Of a DNA stretch of 64,000 nucleotides, positions 26,800 to 41,238 are shown in pieces; positions within the stretch are counted from its first letter, which is position 1, and each line of letters starts with the position of its first letter. A model generated the notes under the pieces. It made no database searches and was not told the DNA's origin. It saw only the letters and a list, made by a program, of their open reading frames with translations. The DNA is from Eledone cirrhosa. Taxonomy: Eukaryota. A program made the translations under genes and the position numbers. Location: the NCBI GenBank assembly GCA_964016885.1, contig OZ024745.1, positions 24,614,001-24,678,000 of the forward strand. Direction: 5' to 3'.

Positions 26800-27900
26800 T
26801 GGGTTTGCAGCAAGACCACATATTTGAGAGCAATCGTGTCGTTCTGCTTTGAATTCAGAACCTAAAGAGACGTAATTTAAAACCTCGAGGCATTTAAGAT
26901 GTCGCTCTATAGCTTTTTTCACTTACCGCCACCCCTACCCTCATTCAGTGAATGATGAATGATAATTTTATATTGATTTGTTGTATGAACTCAATGTGAA
27001 CTCAAATGTGAGTGATAGAAGTAGCCGATTAGATCACATCAAAAGTCTAACTGGTATTGATTCCATCAACCTCAATACGATGAAAACAAATCAACCTCAG
27101 TGGGATTTGAACTCAAGTCATTTTGTCCTTTTCTCTAAAGATTCTATTAATTTTTTCTACAGTTAGCACAAAACAAGGAATTTGAAGGGAAGGGGAAATT
27201 CGATTGAATCGACCTCAGTGAGTTACTGGTACTTTATTTTATCGACCCCGTAAGCTAGCCTCGATTGAATTTGAACCCTGAACGTAAATGGTCGCAACTA
27301 TATGCGGCAAAGCTTGTTTTCCGATTCACTGGTGATACTGCTAATCCACCACCCTAAATGGTTTCTGATTTGGGTATGGGACCAACAATTTAGCGAGGAG
27401 GAGAATTAAATCGACCCTATTGTGTTACTGGTATTCTATTTTATCGACTCCGTAAAGATGAAAGTCAAAGTCAAAGCTAATCTCGGTGGGATTTGAACTC
27501 ATAACGTAAAAGGATACAACTATATGCGGCAAAGCATATTGTCCGATGCTCTACCGATCTGCCAATCCACCACACTAAAGAATCTATAAATAACATTGTT
27601 TTCTAGTTTCGATACAGCCGCATATTTCACGTAAATTGTGTAATCCATTATATCGATCCCAGTTCTTATTAAGCCGCTGCCCCTTAAAATAATAATTTCT
27701 AATTTTGATACAAAGCCAGAAATCTATGGTAAGGGAAAGTCAATTATATCGACACACCGAGTGATTGACTGGTACTTTATTTTTCGACCTTGAAAGGATG
27801 AAAGACAAAATTGACCTCGGCGAGATTTGAACCTAAATAAATAGAATGAAATCTTTAAAACATTTAGTTTTTCGGTCAACCATTTCTGCAATTCGAGGGA
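26800..27900 (-). mobile_element. Cluster of diverged SINE copies
   Basis: Repeated TGGTACTTTATTTTATCGACCCCGTAAG...GATTTGAACTC...GCCAATCCACC. Confidence 0.8.
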
Positions 27901-29779
27901 AATGATAATAATACTTATTTCTAAGTTAGGCACCAGAAGATCAGATATTAAAGGATTGAAGAATCGTTGCCCTGTTTAGAATCACCAGCTGGACGTTTGG
28001 TGGACGTTTGGTGCCTTTGGCCGAATTCATTGTGCTGTAAGCAATCGGTAAAAAGGTCTCTCGATTGAGGACGACGTATAAGGTGATATTCTATCACACC
28101 CCCCCCCCCCCCTCTACCAGTCTAAAAAACCCAACGAAATATTTCATAGGCATTGCCTTTCCTCTTCTGACTGAGCATTGTTTATAAATATCGATTAATT
28201 AAAATCCGGTTTTTGATTGTAATGTTTTTTTATCGATCCCCGGGTGAGTGAAAGGAAAAGTCATCATCGATGAGATTTGAAGTCAGAACAGGAGTCCGAC
28301 ACTACCCCATTCCTGTATCACTCCACCACTCCAATGTCCTTCTTCTGTTCGTGCCACATGTCTGACAGTTAGCAAACATGCAATGAACAGTCGAGCAGTC
28401 ATGACATGTATGTGTATATGCACGTGTGAATGTACGTGTTTATGTACGTGTTTATGTATGTGTATGCACATCTTGCTAGAAAAGCTTCCTAACAAATGCT
28501 ATCCCAGGGACCACTGCATGAAAGTGAGGTTGGGTACGTTCTCCAAAGTCCTTCAGCAAAATATTTTAGTTCGATACCCCTCTATTACTAACACTACACT
28601 TCTCCACCATCACAACCACCCTTCTAAACCCTATTTTAGTTTGACATTCCTACAGTTTCTACCACCCACCAACCTTGAGCTCAATATTTTAATCCATCAA
28701 CCCACCGTTAATACCTCTCACTATTAATAATGTGCTAATATACATTAAAAATATTGGATAAAATTACGATCATAACAACTAATAGAACTTGTACTACGAA
28801 TAAATGTAAAAAATATGTATATAATTTCTAAAATAAACTAAAAGAATTTCAAATTAAAGTACACCTGTATGTGTTTATGTTTGAGTATGTTTGTGTGTGC
28901 GTATGCTTGTTTGTAAATGTGCTTAAATGTGTGTATGTGGGGGTCATGAAATCCTTTGTACTTGAATAAGATATGCAACCATTGCTAATGGATGGCAATA
29001 CATTAAATGTTTAATGTCGGATGAACTTATTTGCATTTTCTGTGATATTATATTTGTAGTGTCATCGTATTTAACGCAGCAAATGTGCTACTGCTCCTAT
29101 AAGTTACGGTGATGCTTTAAATTCGGCTGATGATGCTCAATGAAGCAGAAACATATCTTGGCTTGTCTCCCAAGAAAATTAAAAAAAAATTGTATTAGCT
29201 ATCGATGAGTATCCTGTTTTATTCCCTGCTACTACTTTAAGATTTTAATGGTATATGTATTAAATATGCGGGTACCCACTTCCCTATTAATAAAATGTTG
29301 TTCGAAGGCGTGGGGGGGGGGGGGGGGGGGGTATCATGAAAACGGGAAAATATAGAAAATGGAATAAAATGATTGATTATAGATTTTAGAGGTGTAAAAA
29401 CCAATATGATGAATTTCGTGGTGTTATCCGTCATACTAGAGGAGTACTGATATTTATACTCTGAAATTGTGTGCATGATGACGTGGGGTTAGAAAAATAC
29501 TGAATAATTACACTCAGGCCCTCCTGTGGTAACAGATCGACTTTATCAGAGTTAACCTTGGATTAAACAAGAACACGAACAACAAAAATAATCATGGGTA
29601 TGACGACGACAACAACAAAAACAACAGCAACAACAGCAACAGCAATTGAATGCGAGCCTACGATGTTGTCAGACTACACAATAACATCTGCCTAACTACA
29701 TGTCACCATACAACATACAATACAGTATAGTACATGTCACCATACACCATACAACATACACTACAATACAGTGCAGTAC

Positions 29780-29995
29780 TCTTAGTTTTAGGTTCTTCCG
29801 CACGTGTCGGTGTATCTAGCAGTTAGTTCTCGCCAACGATCACGATCAGTGACGGCTTTTTCGTGTCTGTGCCAAGTGAAGTTGGCTGCCATCAGGTCTT
29901 TTTGGAACGTTCGTCGCCAGGTGATCCTGGGGCAACCCCGCTTCCGTTTGCCGCCAGGTGGAGTCCAGTTAATCGGTGTTTTCGGGTGAAGTTCG
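29780..29995 (-). mobile_element. RTE-like LINE 3' fragment
   Basis: Minus strand WTPPGGKRKRGCPRITWRRTFQKDL...DRDRWREL is typical of RTE C-termini. Confidence 0.7.
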
Positions 29996-30198
29996 TACGC
30001 AGTACTATAGTGCTGATATAAAACATTGCTTCAATCGCTGTACTCAATTTTCTCAAATAACAATTCGATCCGACGAGGGAGTCTCATCTTAGGATACTTA
30101 ATAAGGGTTCATAACATAACAACAAAAACAAGAATATGACATGAGCAACACATCTTGCAGCACAATATATATATACAAATATATGTGTGTATGTGTGT

Positions 30199-30239
<41 letters not shown>

Positions 30240-30243
<4 letters not shown>

Positions 30244-31763
30244 CAAAAACCTGCCTAAATACAAAAACAGAAATTTTCACCAGTTGCCCACACATGAAAT
30301 CACACTTGCTTTCCAGCTCATATAAACTTAACTCACTTTCAGATACTTATCCTCCATAAACTCTTATTCTTCACTTTCCTTAAATTATCCTCTTTACAGA
30401 CTTCTCTTTCTGATTTACTTTCATTTTTAACTTTATTTTTAATTTTATTTTTATTTTTACTTCACATCCACCAGTAACCCCCCCCCCCCTACTTTTCGAT
30501 TCACTTACCTAATATCTTCACATTCCACATTTTACTTCCCTATTTTCTTTCACTACCTGATACCACATGTCACTTGCGCTTTCCACTCCAGATATATTCT
30601 GTTGTTTCGCAGCCGATTTTATATTTGTACGGCTGGTTTATAATCTGTATCTATGCGTGTGAGTGTGCATATGTGTGTATACGTTCTGTATATGTATACG
30701 AACGCCTCCGTATGTGTGCGTGCGTACGTATATAAATGTGTGTGTATGTGTGTTTTTATATCTATGTTTTTTTATATCTATATTTTTTACATACTTATTT
30801 ATACGTGTGTGTGTATGTGGGTGAATGTATATGTATGTGTATGTATATGTGTGTATATGTATATGTATGTATGGGTGTGTATGTATATATGTATATATAT
30901 ATATATAGTCGCGTACGTACGTGTAATTAGATATACATGTGGCGATATATATATATATATGTAAGTGCCTCGTGTGTATGTATGTGCGCATGCATGCGCT
31001 TTTGTCTGTACGTATTAGTATGTATAAATATTTTGATATATATATGTGTGTGTACGTGCGTACCTTTGTTTTGTTTTTTTTTCTCTAGTGTTAATTGATT
31101 ACTTTCTCTTTGATTTAAAAAAAATTTTCATTCTCATATATTGTTTCATTTTTATACATATATCGAGAATGACACTTCTGTTTACTATTACACTCCCTTC
31201 CCTCTTTATCTTCCGCATATAAGTGACCGCGTGTGCTTATACGCGTGCTTTCATACTCGTATGTGTATTTAATACCTGTATCTGGATGCGTGTTAACTAT
31301 ATTATCTTACAATTTCTTTTTCAACTCATTATATACGTATTTGTGATCACATATACACAAATATACTTGCCCTCATATATGTACTTACGCACACACTTTC
31401 ACCATACACATGCATTTGTACATACACGCATATGTACATTTGTGAGTGTATATACATACACATACCCTAACTATATTTTCTTATTTTTTTATATATATCT
31501 CTTGCATTACTTTTATTTATATATTTTTTGCCCGTTAAACTCTTGCCTTTCTTGAGGAGACTTTTCAAATATTTCACTATGTTTTAAATTGCTTTGTCCG
31601 ACGAACGAATGAGGACGTTTTTCGTATTCGTCTTATTCGGGAAACCTCTGGTAATGAGGTAATTATATTGTATTGTTTATTATACATTAAATTTTGCTCT
31701 TGTACTTACATAGAGCACTCTTCACTCCTATGACTTTTTCATTTTTCAACGGAAACTTCAATA

Positions 31764-31765
<2 letters not shown>
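30240..31765 (+). mobile_element. Probable 3' end of a Penelope-like element (ORF C-terminus, long UTR, hammerhead at 31598-31661)
   Basis: Peptide CLNTKTEIFTSCPHMKSHLL resembles the LNKRxExxSxCRH C-terminus of PLE GIY-YIG proteins. Downstream motif CCGACGA-[CGAAUGAGGACG/CGUCUUAUUCG]-GAA-ACCUC/GAGGU-A. Bounded by (TA)n. Confidence 0.55.
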
Positions 31766-31845
<80 letters not shown>

Positions 31846-31931
31846 AAGGTTAAACAGGTTGAATGAATAAATCAAAGAATGAGTTTTACAATATATTGGA
31901 AGCACTCAACAGTTATGGTTTTCCGGAGTTA

Positions 31932-31985
<54 letters not shown>

Positions 31986-33435
31986 ACAATCTTGAAGTTG
32001 TGAGTTCGATTCCCGGACCAGGCGATGCGTTATGTCCTTCAGCAAGACACTTTATTTCACGTTGCTCCTTCTACCTGGTGTTGCGACCGATAGATAGTAT
32101 TAGCAATTGGAAAGACCAACGGAAACATTGTTTCCTCGGTCCGATTTGACGAAAGTCGATCGACAGTCATATATACGTATAACCTTTCTCGATATCTTTT
32201 CTTTCATTCTCCCCTCCCTCTCCTTTCTCTCTCTCTCTCACTCACACACACACAATTTCTCCTCATCTCTATTGTCGTCATGCTGTTTTGATCAAGACAG
32301 GCTCTCATTACATGCTCCAATCCCCAGTCATCTACCTCCGACTATTTTCCGACGTCCCTCCTTGTCCCTACCTCATTCATCCTTTTCCATCTATTCTCTT
32401 CATTTCTCCCATTATCTCTCCGCCTGTCTCCCCCTCCCCTCTCTCTCTCTCTCCCTCCTATCTCCCCCTCTCCCTATTTCCCTCATACACCCTGACGGAC
32501 GATTAAATCCTATTTTGTATGCCGTCAACTTTACAAAGAGTTCATTTCAAGTAAATTATTGTTGTTGTTGTTGTTGTTGTTGTTGTTAGTCACGTTAAGT
32601 ACTACCACTTGTCTTTTCAATTGTCGTTCAATCATACATACATACATACATACATACATACATACATACATACATACATGATGATGGCTGCCCCCTCGTT
32701 ATCGAGTATGGCCATTGCACGATATACCATTATTAATAATAATTAATTCTATCGTGCAATGCCTGTGCGTGAAGATATTTTTTAAAGTGACGAAAGACTG
32801 TGCACTGAGCCAATCCCACTCTTTTCCCCACTTGCCGAACACGATAGAGGAAACCTCAGCATACATAGGTAGATGTACTTCTTTCCTTTTTCTTTTTCTT
32901 TTTCTTTTTCTTTTTCTTTTTCTTTTTCTTTTCTTTTTCCCTTTATCTCTTCTTATCACTTCCTTCCACTCCCTCTCCTCTTCCTTTTTCCTCTTTCGCC
33001 TACCCCGAGGCAGCCCATCGGGCTTTTGTAGCCTCAGTACCCTCACTCCAGTAAATTATATATAGCATTGGCTGAAAACGCAATACCAACTGAAAATATA
33101 GCAGCTGCTTCAGACTCTAGAGATTTTTTATTACTTTTTACTATTTAATTTTATTATTTTTATATTTTTTTATTTATTTATCTTTTAATCTCAATTTATT
33201 AACGTCCCACTCTCAAATTCCTCCAGAATCCTTTGTCGCCTACTTCCTTACGAGCCTAATTTCATACACACTCCTTAGAATTTGCTGTATAGAATTCACT
33301 TTCAACGCTTGACCGGCTCCACCCACTCCCATCATTGTTCTACAGGTACGATCACCCACTGCCATGAAAGATTTGTGTTTACAAGAAATTTTGACCAATC
33401 CTTTTGACAACTACAATCTTCCCATATAAGGAATT

Positions 33436-33530
33436 ACCCCTTGAAAAGTTCGGCTATTTATTACCACGCTAAAAATTCTAATTTAGTCCAGAAATAGCCA
33501 TCGAAACGGCTTGAGCTCTGCCGTCGGGGT
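33436..33530 (+). ncRNA. Type I hammerhead ribozyme, U3-A8 core
   Basis: ACCCC-UUGAAAA-..GGCUAUUU/AAAUAGCC..-GAA-ACGGC/GCCGU-C-GGGGU. Confidence 0.65.
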
Positions 33531-33793
33531 TAAACATTTTCCTACATATATATATATATAATATATATATATTATAACATATATACATATATATATATAA
33601 TTTTAGGTAAAAATCGAATTTCATAGTCAGGTCAGCAACTAAACCAGCAACTCCACCAAGAATGTATTGTGAGGAGAGCGAAATTTTGACACCCTGTAGG
33701 ATGAAAAACAGAACCCGACAACGGCGGGGAGGAATTCATGAGATGTAATGGTCATCCAGTAATGTATATATATGTTTGTAAATATATGATTAA

Positions 33794-34014
33794 CCCTTTG
33801 GCATTTAAACCGGCCATATCCGGCCAGAATTCCATCACCTCCTTCTGTTCAAACCGGCTGTAACTGACCACTCATACCAATGTTAAGGTATTGTTTTCAA
33901 AATAAATATCATCAAAATCTCATAGCTTCGATATTATGTGAGATAATTATGTGAGGTAAAGCCTTTACCTTGAAAATATAATAGTATATATAGAGTAATG
34001 TAAATGTTAAAGGG
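33794..34014. mobile_element. piggyBac-type MITE (same family as 5999-6249)
   Basis: TTAA-CCCTTTGGCATTTA ... TAAATGTTAAAGGG-TTAA, with internal similarity to 5999-6249. Confidence 0.88.
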
Positions 34015-34879
34015 TTAAGTGCCTTGTTGTGGTGAAGTGGCTTGTGAGCTCTTTAGATCTTAGGTCTATACTGGAAGAAGTTTGACTCCTGGTAAGTCCG
34101 ACTGTACCCAGCATGCCGAAATAAAAAAAAGATAAAATCTCACTATTAGGTGGCAACGTGGTTGATGTGTGACATCAGCAGAGGAACTAGAGTTAAACCA
34201 ATGGTGATCCATACTAGATGCTGAGCGAAAGAATGTCCTGTCATCTGTGAGGATCAAAAGATTTAATTAAATGAAAGACGACAGCCTGCATTGATGAGTA
34301 ACACCGGGTGCGTATATCAATGCAGTTGACATAGATAATATGTGTATATCTGTGTGTGCATATGTGTGTGTGTATCTGTGTGTGCATGTGTGTGTGTATA
34401 TATCTGTGTGTGTGTAATGGAAGAAAATGTACTCAGAATAGTATAAATATTTTTGTTATGGTGTCTTCGTGTAATGTAGAACAATGGTATATTCCTCATA
34501 ATTTTTAACTTCAATACAAAAGATGTACAAATTATTTCAATATTTCCATATAAAGCATTGTTATCTTGATTTTAGGGGAGATAACTCCTTACATCTGGCA
34601 ACGGTCGAGTTCGGAGTAATGTCTGACTCTTCGTATGGATACTGTTGTTACTGATAAAGTGATAAGGTATATAAGCCCTCGGTTACATACGTCTGAGGAA
34701 ACCCCAACTAGGCTTGAAATTCGATTAAAGATATTTATCATTTTTCTTTTCAATTTCAAGGAAACTACAGATATTTAGCATGTTTACATGTCAATACACT
34801 GAAAACTGGTACATTTTTTTGGTAGTGGTAGTTGAATAACATATAGAACATCTGACTGATAAAATGACAAGTCAGTCAA

Positions 34880-35320
34880 TCATATCGGTGGCCTCCCCAC
34901 AGCCCCGGCGCACAGAATGGAGAAGGCGTTTCCCCGGAGGACTGCAAGGGAGACGCGCTGGAAAAGTCATTCCAGCTCGCGAGGCTCACACCTGCAGCTG
35001 GCCAGCTCAGCGCCTATGATGGCGAGTAGGGAGGTAGCCCTGGGGCCGAGGGCACCAGATATCTCCACTGCCAAGGGTACAACCGCAAACCTGTTGGAGA
35101 GCGACCGGTATTTGAAGAGTTTGGCCTCCTCAGCCCGACGTGCAGCAGAACCTGGGTTAGTCGCAGACTGCACCAGGTTGCGGTTGGAGAAAGTGTCGGT
35201 GCAAGTGGCATCCCAGACGAGGGGTTTGCAGAACGGGAAGATGGTCATGCCATCTGGCCTTTTGCCGTCCCCTCGGTCCAGCCCCACCGGCTCGAGCTGA
35301 ATGGGTACATCAATCATGCA
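34880..35320 (-). mobile_element. CRE-like non-LTR retrotransposon 3' fragment (RLE domain)
   Basis: EPVGLDRGDGKRPDG..LVWDATCTDT..KYRSL..VPLAVEISGALG..LFQRVSLAVLRGNA. Confidence 0.8.
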
Positions 35321-35394
35321 GTTTCGGTAAACTTTATCCTGTACACATGCAGTTATAACTTTATTATATACGATTCCTTAGCGCACAATTTATT

Positions 35395-36692
35395 ATTGTT
35401 GTTGTTGTTGACATTGGAGTTATTCTTTGTTTTGATATTTTTTTTGTTGTTGTCATTGTTGTTGTCGTCGTTTTTACTGTCGCTGTTGTCGTCAATGTTA
35501 TTGTCGTCGTCACTGGTTTTGTTCTTGTTTTTATTGTTGTCGTCGTTGTCATTGTTCTCGTTGTCTCTTTAGCTCTTCTTCTTGTCGTTGTTGTCATCGT
35601 TTTTGTTATTCTTGTTATTGTTGTTGTTGACAGTGGCTGCCGTTATTGTTGTTGTAAACGTTGTTGACTCAGTGTCATCACTGTTGTTGTCATTCTCGTT
35701 AGTGTTGCAGTTGTTGTTGTTGTCATTCTCGTTAGTGTTGCTGTTGTTGTTGTTGTCATTCTCGTTAGTGTTGCTGTTGTTGTTGTCATTACTGTTGTTG
35801 TTGTTGTCATTACTGTTGTTGTCGTTGTTATTGTCGTTACTGTTGTTGTTGTTGTTGTCGTTACTGTTGTTGTTGTTATTGTCGTTACTGTTGTTGTTGT
35901 TGTCATTACTGTTGTTGTTGTTGTTATTTGCGTTACTGTTGTTGTTGTTGTCATTACTGTTGTTGTTGTTGTTATTTGCGTTACTGTTGTTGTTGTTGTC
36001 ATTACTGTTGTTGTTGTTGTTATTGTCGTTACTGTTGTTGTTGTTGTCATTACTGTTGTTGTTGTTGTCGTTGTTATTGTCGTTACTGTTGTTGTTGTTG
36101 TCATTACTGTTGTTGTTGTTGTTATTGTCGTTACTGTTGTTGTTGTTGTTGTCATTACTGTTGTTGTTGTCGTTGTTATTGTCGTTACTGTTGTTGTTGT
36201 CATTACTGTTGTTGTTGTTGTTGTTATTGTCGTTACTGTTGTTGTTGTTGTTGTTGTTGTCATTACTGTTGTTGTTGTTGTTATTGTCGTTACTGTTGTT
36301 GTTGTCATTACTGTTGTTGTTGTTGTTGTTATTGTCGTTACTGTTGTTGTTGTTGTTGTTGTCATTACTGTTGTTGTTGTTGTTATCGTCGTTACTGTTG
36401 TTGTTGTTGTTGTTGTTGTCATTACTGTTGTTGTTGTTGTTGTTATTGTCGTTACTGTTGTTGTTGTTGTTGTTGTTGTCATTACTGTTGTTGTTGTTGT
36501 TGTTATTGTCGTTACTGTTGTTGTTGTTGTTGTCATTACTGTTGTTGTTGTTGTTATTGTCGTTACCGTTGTTGTTGTCATTACTGTTGTTGTTGTTGTT
36601 ATTGTCGTTACCGTTGTTGTTGTTGTTGTTGTCATTACTGTTGTTGTTGTTGTTGTTGTTATTGTCGTTACTGTTTTTGTTGTTGTCATTAC

Positions 36693-36740
<48 letters not shown>

Positions 36741-36884
36741 GGTTACTCTTGTTGTTGTTGTTGTTGTTGTCATTACTGTTGTTGTTGTTGTTATTGTCGT
36801 TACTGTTGTTGTTGTTGTTGTTGTCATTACTGTTGTTGTTGTTGTTGTTGTTATTGTCGTTACTGTTTTTGTTGTTGTCATTAC

Positions 36885-36932
<48 letters not shown>

Positions 36933-37319
36933 CGTTACTGTTGTTGTTGTTGTTGTTGTCATTACTGTTGTTGTTATTGTTGTTGTTGTTATTGTCGTTA
37001 CTGTTGTTGTTGTTGTTGTCGTTGCTGTTGTTGTTGTTGTTGTTGTTGTTATTGTCGTTACTGTTGTTGTTGTTGTTGTTGTTGTCGTTGCTGTTGTTGT
37101 TGTTGTTGTTGTCGTTGCTGTTGTTGTTGTTGTTGTTGTTATTGTCGTTACTGTTGTTGTTGTTGTTGTTGTTATTGTCGTTACCGTTGTTGTTGTTGTT
37201 GTTATTGTCGTTACTGCTGTTGTTGTTGTTGTTATTGTTGTTGTTGTTGTTATTATTGTTGTTACTGTTCTTGTTGTTATTGTCGTTACTGTTGTTGTTG
37301 TTGTTGTTATTGTCGTTAC

Positions 37320-37361
<42 letters not shown>

Positions 37362-37367
37362 CGTTGC

Positions 37368-37413
<46 letters not shown>

Positions 37414-37439
37414 ACTGTTCTTGTTGTTATTGTCGTTAC

Positions 37440-37473
<34 letters not shown>

Positions 37474-37915
37474 ATTGTCGTTACTGTTGTTGTTGTTGTT
37501 GTTATTGTCGTTACTGTTGTTGCTGTTGTTGCTGTTGTTGTTACTGTTGTTGTTGTTGTTGTCGTTACTGTTGTTGTTGTTGTTGTTATTGTTGTTGTTG
37601 TTATTGTCGTTGCTGTTGTTGTTGTTGTTGTTATTGTTGTTGTTGTTGTTATTATTGTTGTTACTGTTCTTGTTGTTATTGTCGTTACTGTTGTTGTTGT
37701 TGTTATTGTCGTTACTGTTGTTGCTGTTGTTGCTGTTGTTGTTGCTGTTGTTGTTACTGTTGTTGTTGTTGTTGTTGTTGTCGTTACTGTTGTTACTGTT
37801 GTTGTTACTGTTGTTGTTGTTGTTGTTGTTGTTGTTATTGTCTTTACTGTTGTTATTTTTTCTTTGTCTTCGTTACTTAACTTGTTTTGTGGGTACCGTA
37901 CATATCTTCTTCTTC

Positions 37916-37951
<36 letters not shown>

Positions 37952-37996
37952 TTGTTGTTGCTGATGTTGTTGTTGTTGCTGCGGCTGCTGTTGTTT

Positions 37997-38037
<41 letters not shown>

Positions 38038-38165
38038 TTTGTTGTTGTTGCTGTTGTTGTTGTTGTTGTTGATACTACTGCTCTTGTTGTTGTTGTTGCT
38101 GTTGTTTTTTGTTGTTGTTGCTGCTGTTGTTGTTGTTGTATCTGCTGTTGTTGTTGTTGATATTG
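35395..38165. repeat. (GTT)n compound microsatellite with higher-order periodicity
   Basis: GTT runs punctuated by GTCATTACT / ATTGTCGTTACT. Confidence 0.97.
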
Positions 38166-39275
38166 CTGTGGTCATCAAACGAATTATCTAGGACACTCCC
38201 TTCCGTTACAAAACATACCATCACTTCCTTTCACCTCCATCAAACCGATTCACACTGACGCCATCTTGTCTTCACACTTAATCTATTCCACACTACTACA
38301 CTTCTACTAACATCACAGCCACAATATGTTTTCCTCCTTTCCGTTGTGTATGTGTGTATGTCTGTGTTTGTGTGTGTATGTGTACTTCTATGTATGTGTG
38401 CGTATGTTTTTGTGTATGTGTGTATATCTATGTGTTTGTGTGTGTATGTGTACTTCTATGTATGTGTGCGTATGTTTTTGTGCATGTGTGTATATCTGTG
38501 TTTGTGTGTGTATGTGTACTTCTATGTATGTGTGAGTATGTGTTTGTGTATGTGTGTATATCTATGTGTTTATGTGTGTATGTGTACTTTTATGTATGTG
38601 TGCGTATGTTTTTGTGTATGTGTGTATGTCTATGTGTTTGTGTGTGTGTACTTTTATGTAAGTATGCGTATGTTTTTGTGTATGTGTGTATGTCTATGTG
38701 TTTGTGTGGGTGTGTATGGATGCTTTTATGTACGTGTGCGTATGTTTATGTGTAATCATGTTGGTATGTACGTGTGTGTGTGTCCATGTATTTGTGTATG
38801 TGTGTGCTCTTGTGTACGTGTAGGTGTGTGTTGATGTGAGTATATGTGTCTGTGTGTGTGTTGGTGTGTGTCTGTGTGTCTGTGTGTGTGTTGGTGTGTG
38901 TCTGTGTGTCTGTGTGTGTGTTGGTGTGTATTGATGTGTGTGTTGGTGTGTGTTTGTACATAGATGTGTGTTGGTGTGTCTGTGTGTGTGTGTTGGTGTG
39001 TGTTTGTATATAGATGTGTGTCTATGCGTCTGTGTGTGTCTTGGTGTGTGTTGATGTGTGCGTGTTAGTGTGTGTCTGTGCGCATGTTAATGTGTGTCTG
39101 TGTGCGTGTTAGTGTGTGTCTGTGTGCGTGTTAGTGTGTATGTGCATTCGTGTGTCTTTTACAGGCAAAAGCCTATATTTTCATGCTCTACCAACTTCTT
39201 ACACTCCGCCTTTTCCTTTGTTTATTACACACCCCTGCTCTTAAAAGTCTTCCTTTTTCACAGACAGAACTGGGC

Positions 39276-39346
<71 letters not shown>

Positions 39347-39427
39347 AAACATATTTACATATAAATATATATATATATATATATATACATATATATACAT
39401 ACATACATACATACATACATACATACA

Positions 39428-39459
<32 letters not shown>

Positions 39460-39563
39460 CATATGCGTGTGGTATATATATATATATAAGTATATATATA
39501 TATATACATATATATGTGCATTTATATATATCACATATATTCACACATATGTCTATATAGAGA

Positions 39564-39852
<289 letters not shown>

Positions 39853-40324
39853 CATATATAAACGCAAACGTACATAAATACTCACAGGATTGAGCACTCA
39901 AGACGTAATTCTCTTTCTCTACATATGCTTGTTGTGTGTATATGTATCTCTCTCTCTCTCTCTCTCTCTCTCCCTCTCTCACTCTCTCCCTCTCTCTTAC
40001 ACGCACTGTGTGCATACGTTGTTGTTTTTTAAAGAAACCAGCATTATCTGACTTTTTCTTGATCCGACACCCAACAGAAAACAGAGAGTAAAAGAAGGTG
40101 TTGTGACATTTGTGCGTTAAGTTTAATTATTTCATATCACATGAATATTATAAAGAATCCAGTGACTTTGGAAGAGCAACAAAAAGATATTATCTTCCAT
40201 GTACTTTTGTTCTTAGAAGAAGATAAGATTTTTTCTCAGATATAACACACGAAAGAAAAGAAGACCAGACGAGTTTAGGGCGGAGACGCCGGTCGAACAA
40301 TGAAAAGACGTGTGTTATGGCGTG

Positions 40325-41207
40325 TTGTTGTTGTTGGTGGTAGTGGTGGTGGTGTGGTGGGAGTGGTGGTGGTGGTGGTGTTAGTTGTGGTGCTGGTGGT
40401 AGTTGTGGTGGTGGTGGTAGTGGTGGTGGTTGGTGGGAGTGGTTGTTGTGGTGCTGGTGTTAGTTGTGGTGGTGGTGGTGGTAGTGGTGGTGGTGGGAGT
40501 GGTGGTTGTGGTGCTGGTGGTAGTTGTGGTGGTGGTGGCGCTGGTGGTGGGAGCGGTGGTTGTGGTGCTGGTGTTAGTTGTGGTGGTGGTAGTGGTGGTG
40601 GTTGGTGGGAGTGGTTGTTGTGGTGCTGGTGTTAGTTGTGGTGGTGGTGGTGGTAGTGGTGGTGGTGGGAGTGGTGGTTGTGGTGCTGGTGGTAGTTGTG
40701 GTGGTGGTGGCGCTGGTGGTGGGAGCGGTGGTTGTGGTGCTGGTGTTAGTTGTGGTGCTGGTGTTAGTTGTGGTGGTGGTGGTGGTAGTGGTGGTGGTGG
40801 GAATGGTTGTTGTGGTGCTGGTGGTAGTTGTGGTGCTGGTGGTAGTTGTGGTGGTGGTGTTGGTGGTGGTGGTGGTGGTGGGAGTGGTGGTTGGTGGTTT
40901 TGTTGTTGTTGTTGTGGTGGTGGCGCTGGTGGTGGGAACGGTGGTTGTGGTGCTGGGGTTAGTTGTGGTACTGGTGGTAGTTGTGGTGGTGGTGGTGGTG
41001 GTGGTGGGAGTGGTGGTTGTGGTGCTGGTGGTGGCGCTGGTGGTGGGAGCGGTGGTTGTGGTGCTGGTGTTAGTTGTAGTGGTGGTGGTGGTGGTGGTGG
41101 TGGTGGTGGTGGTGGTGGTGGTGGTTGTGGTGGTGGTGGTGGTGGTGGTGGTTGTGGTGGTGGTGGTGGTGAGGGTGGTGGTGTTCTGGTGGTGGTGGTG
41201 GTGGTGC

Positions 41208-41238
<31 letters not shown>

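Noticed and set aside
35582-38191. 869-aa poly-Leu and overlapping poly-Cys/Thr/Val ORFs
   Set aside because: Translations of a (GTT)n microsatellite that is open in several frames.
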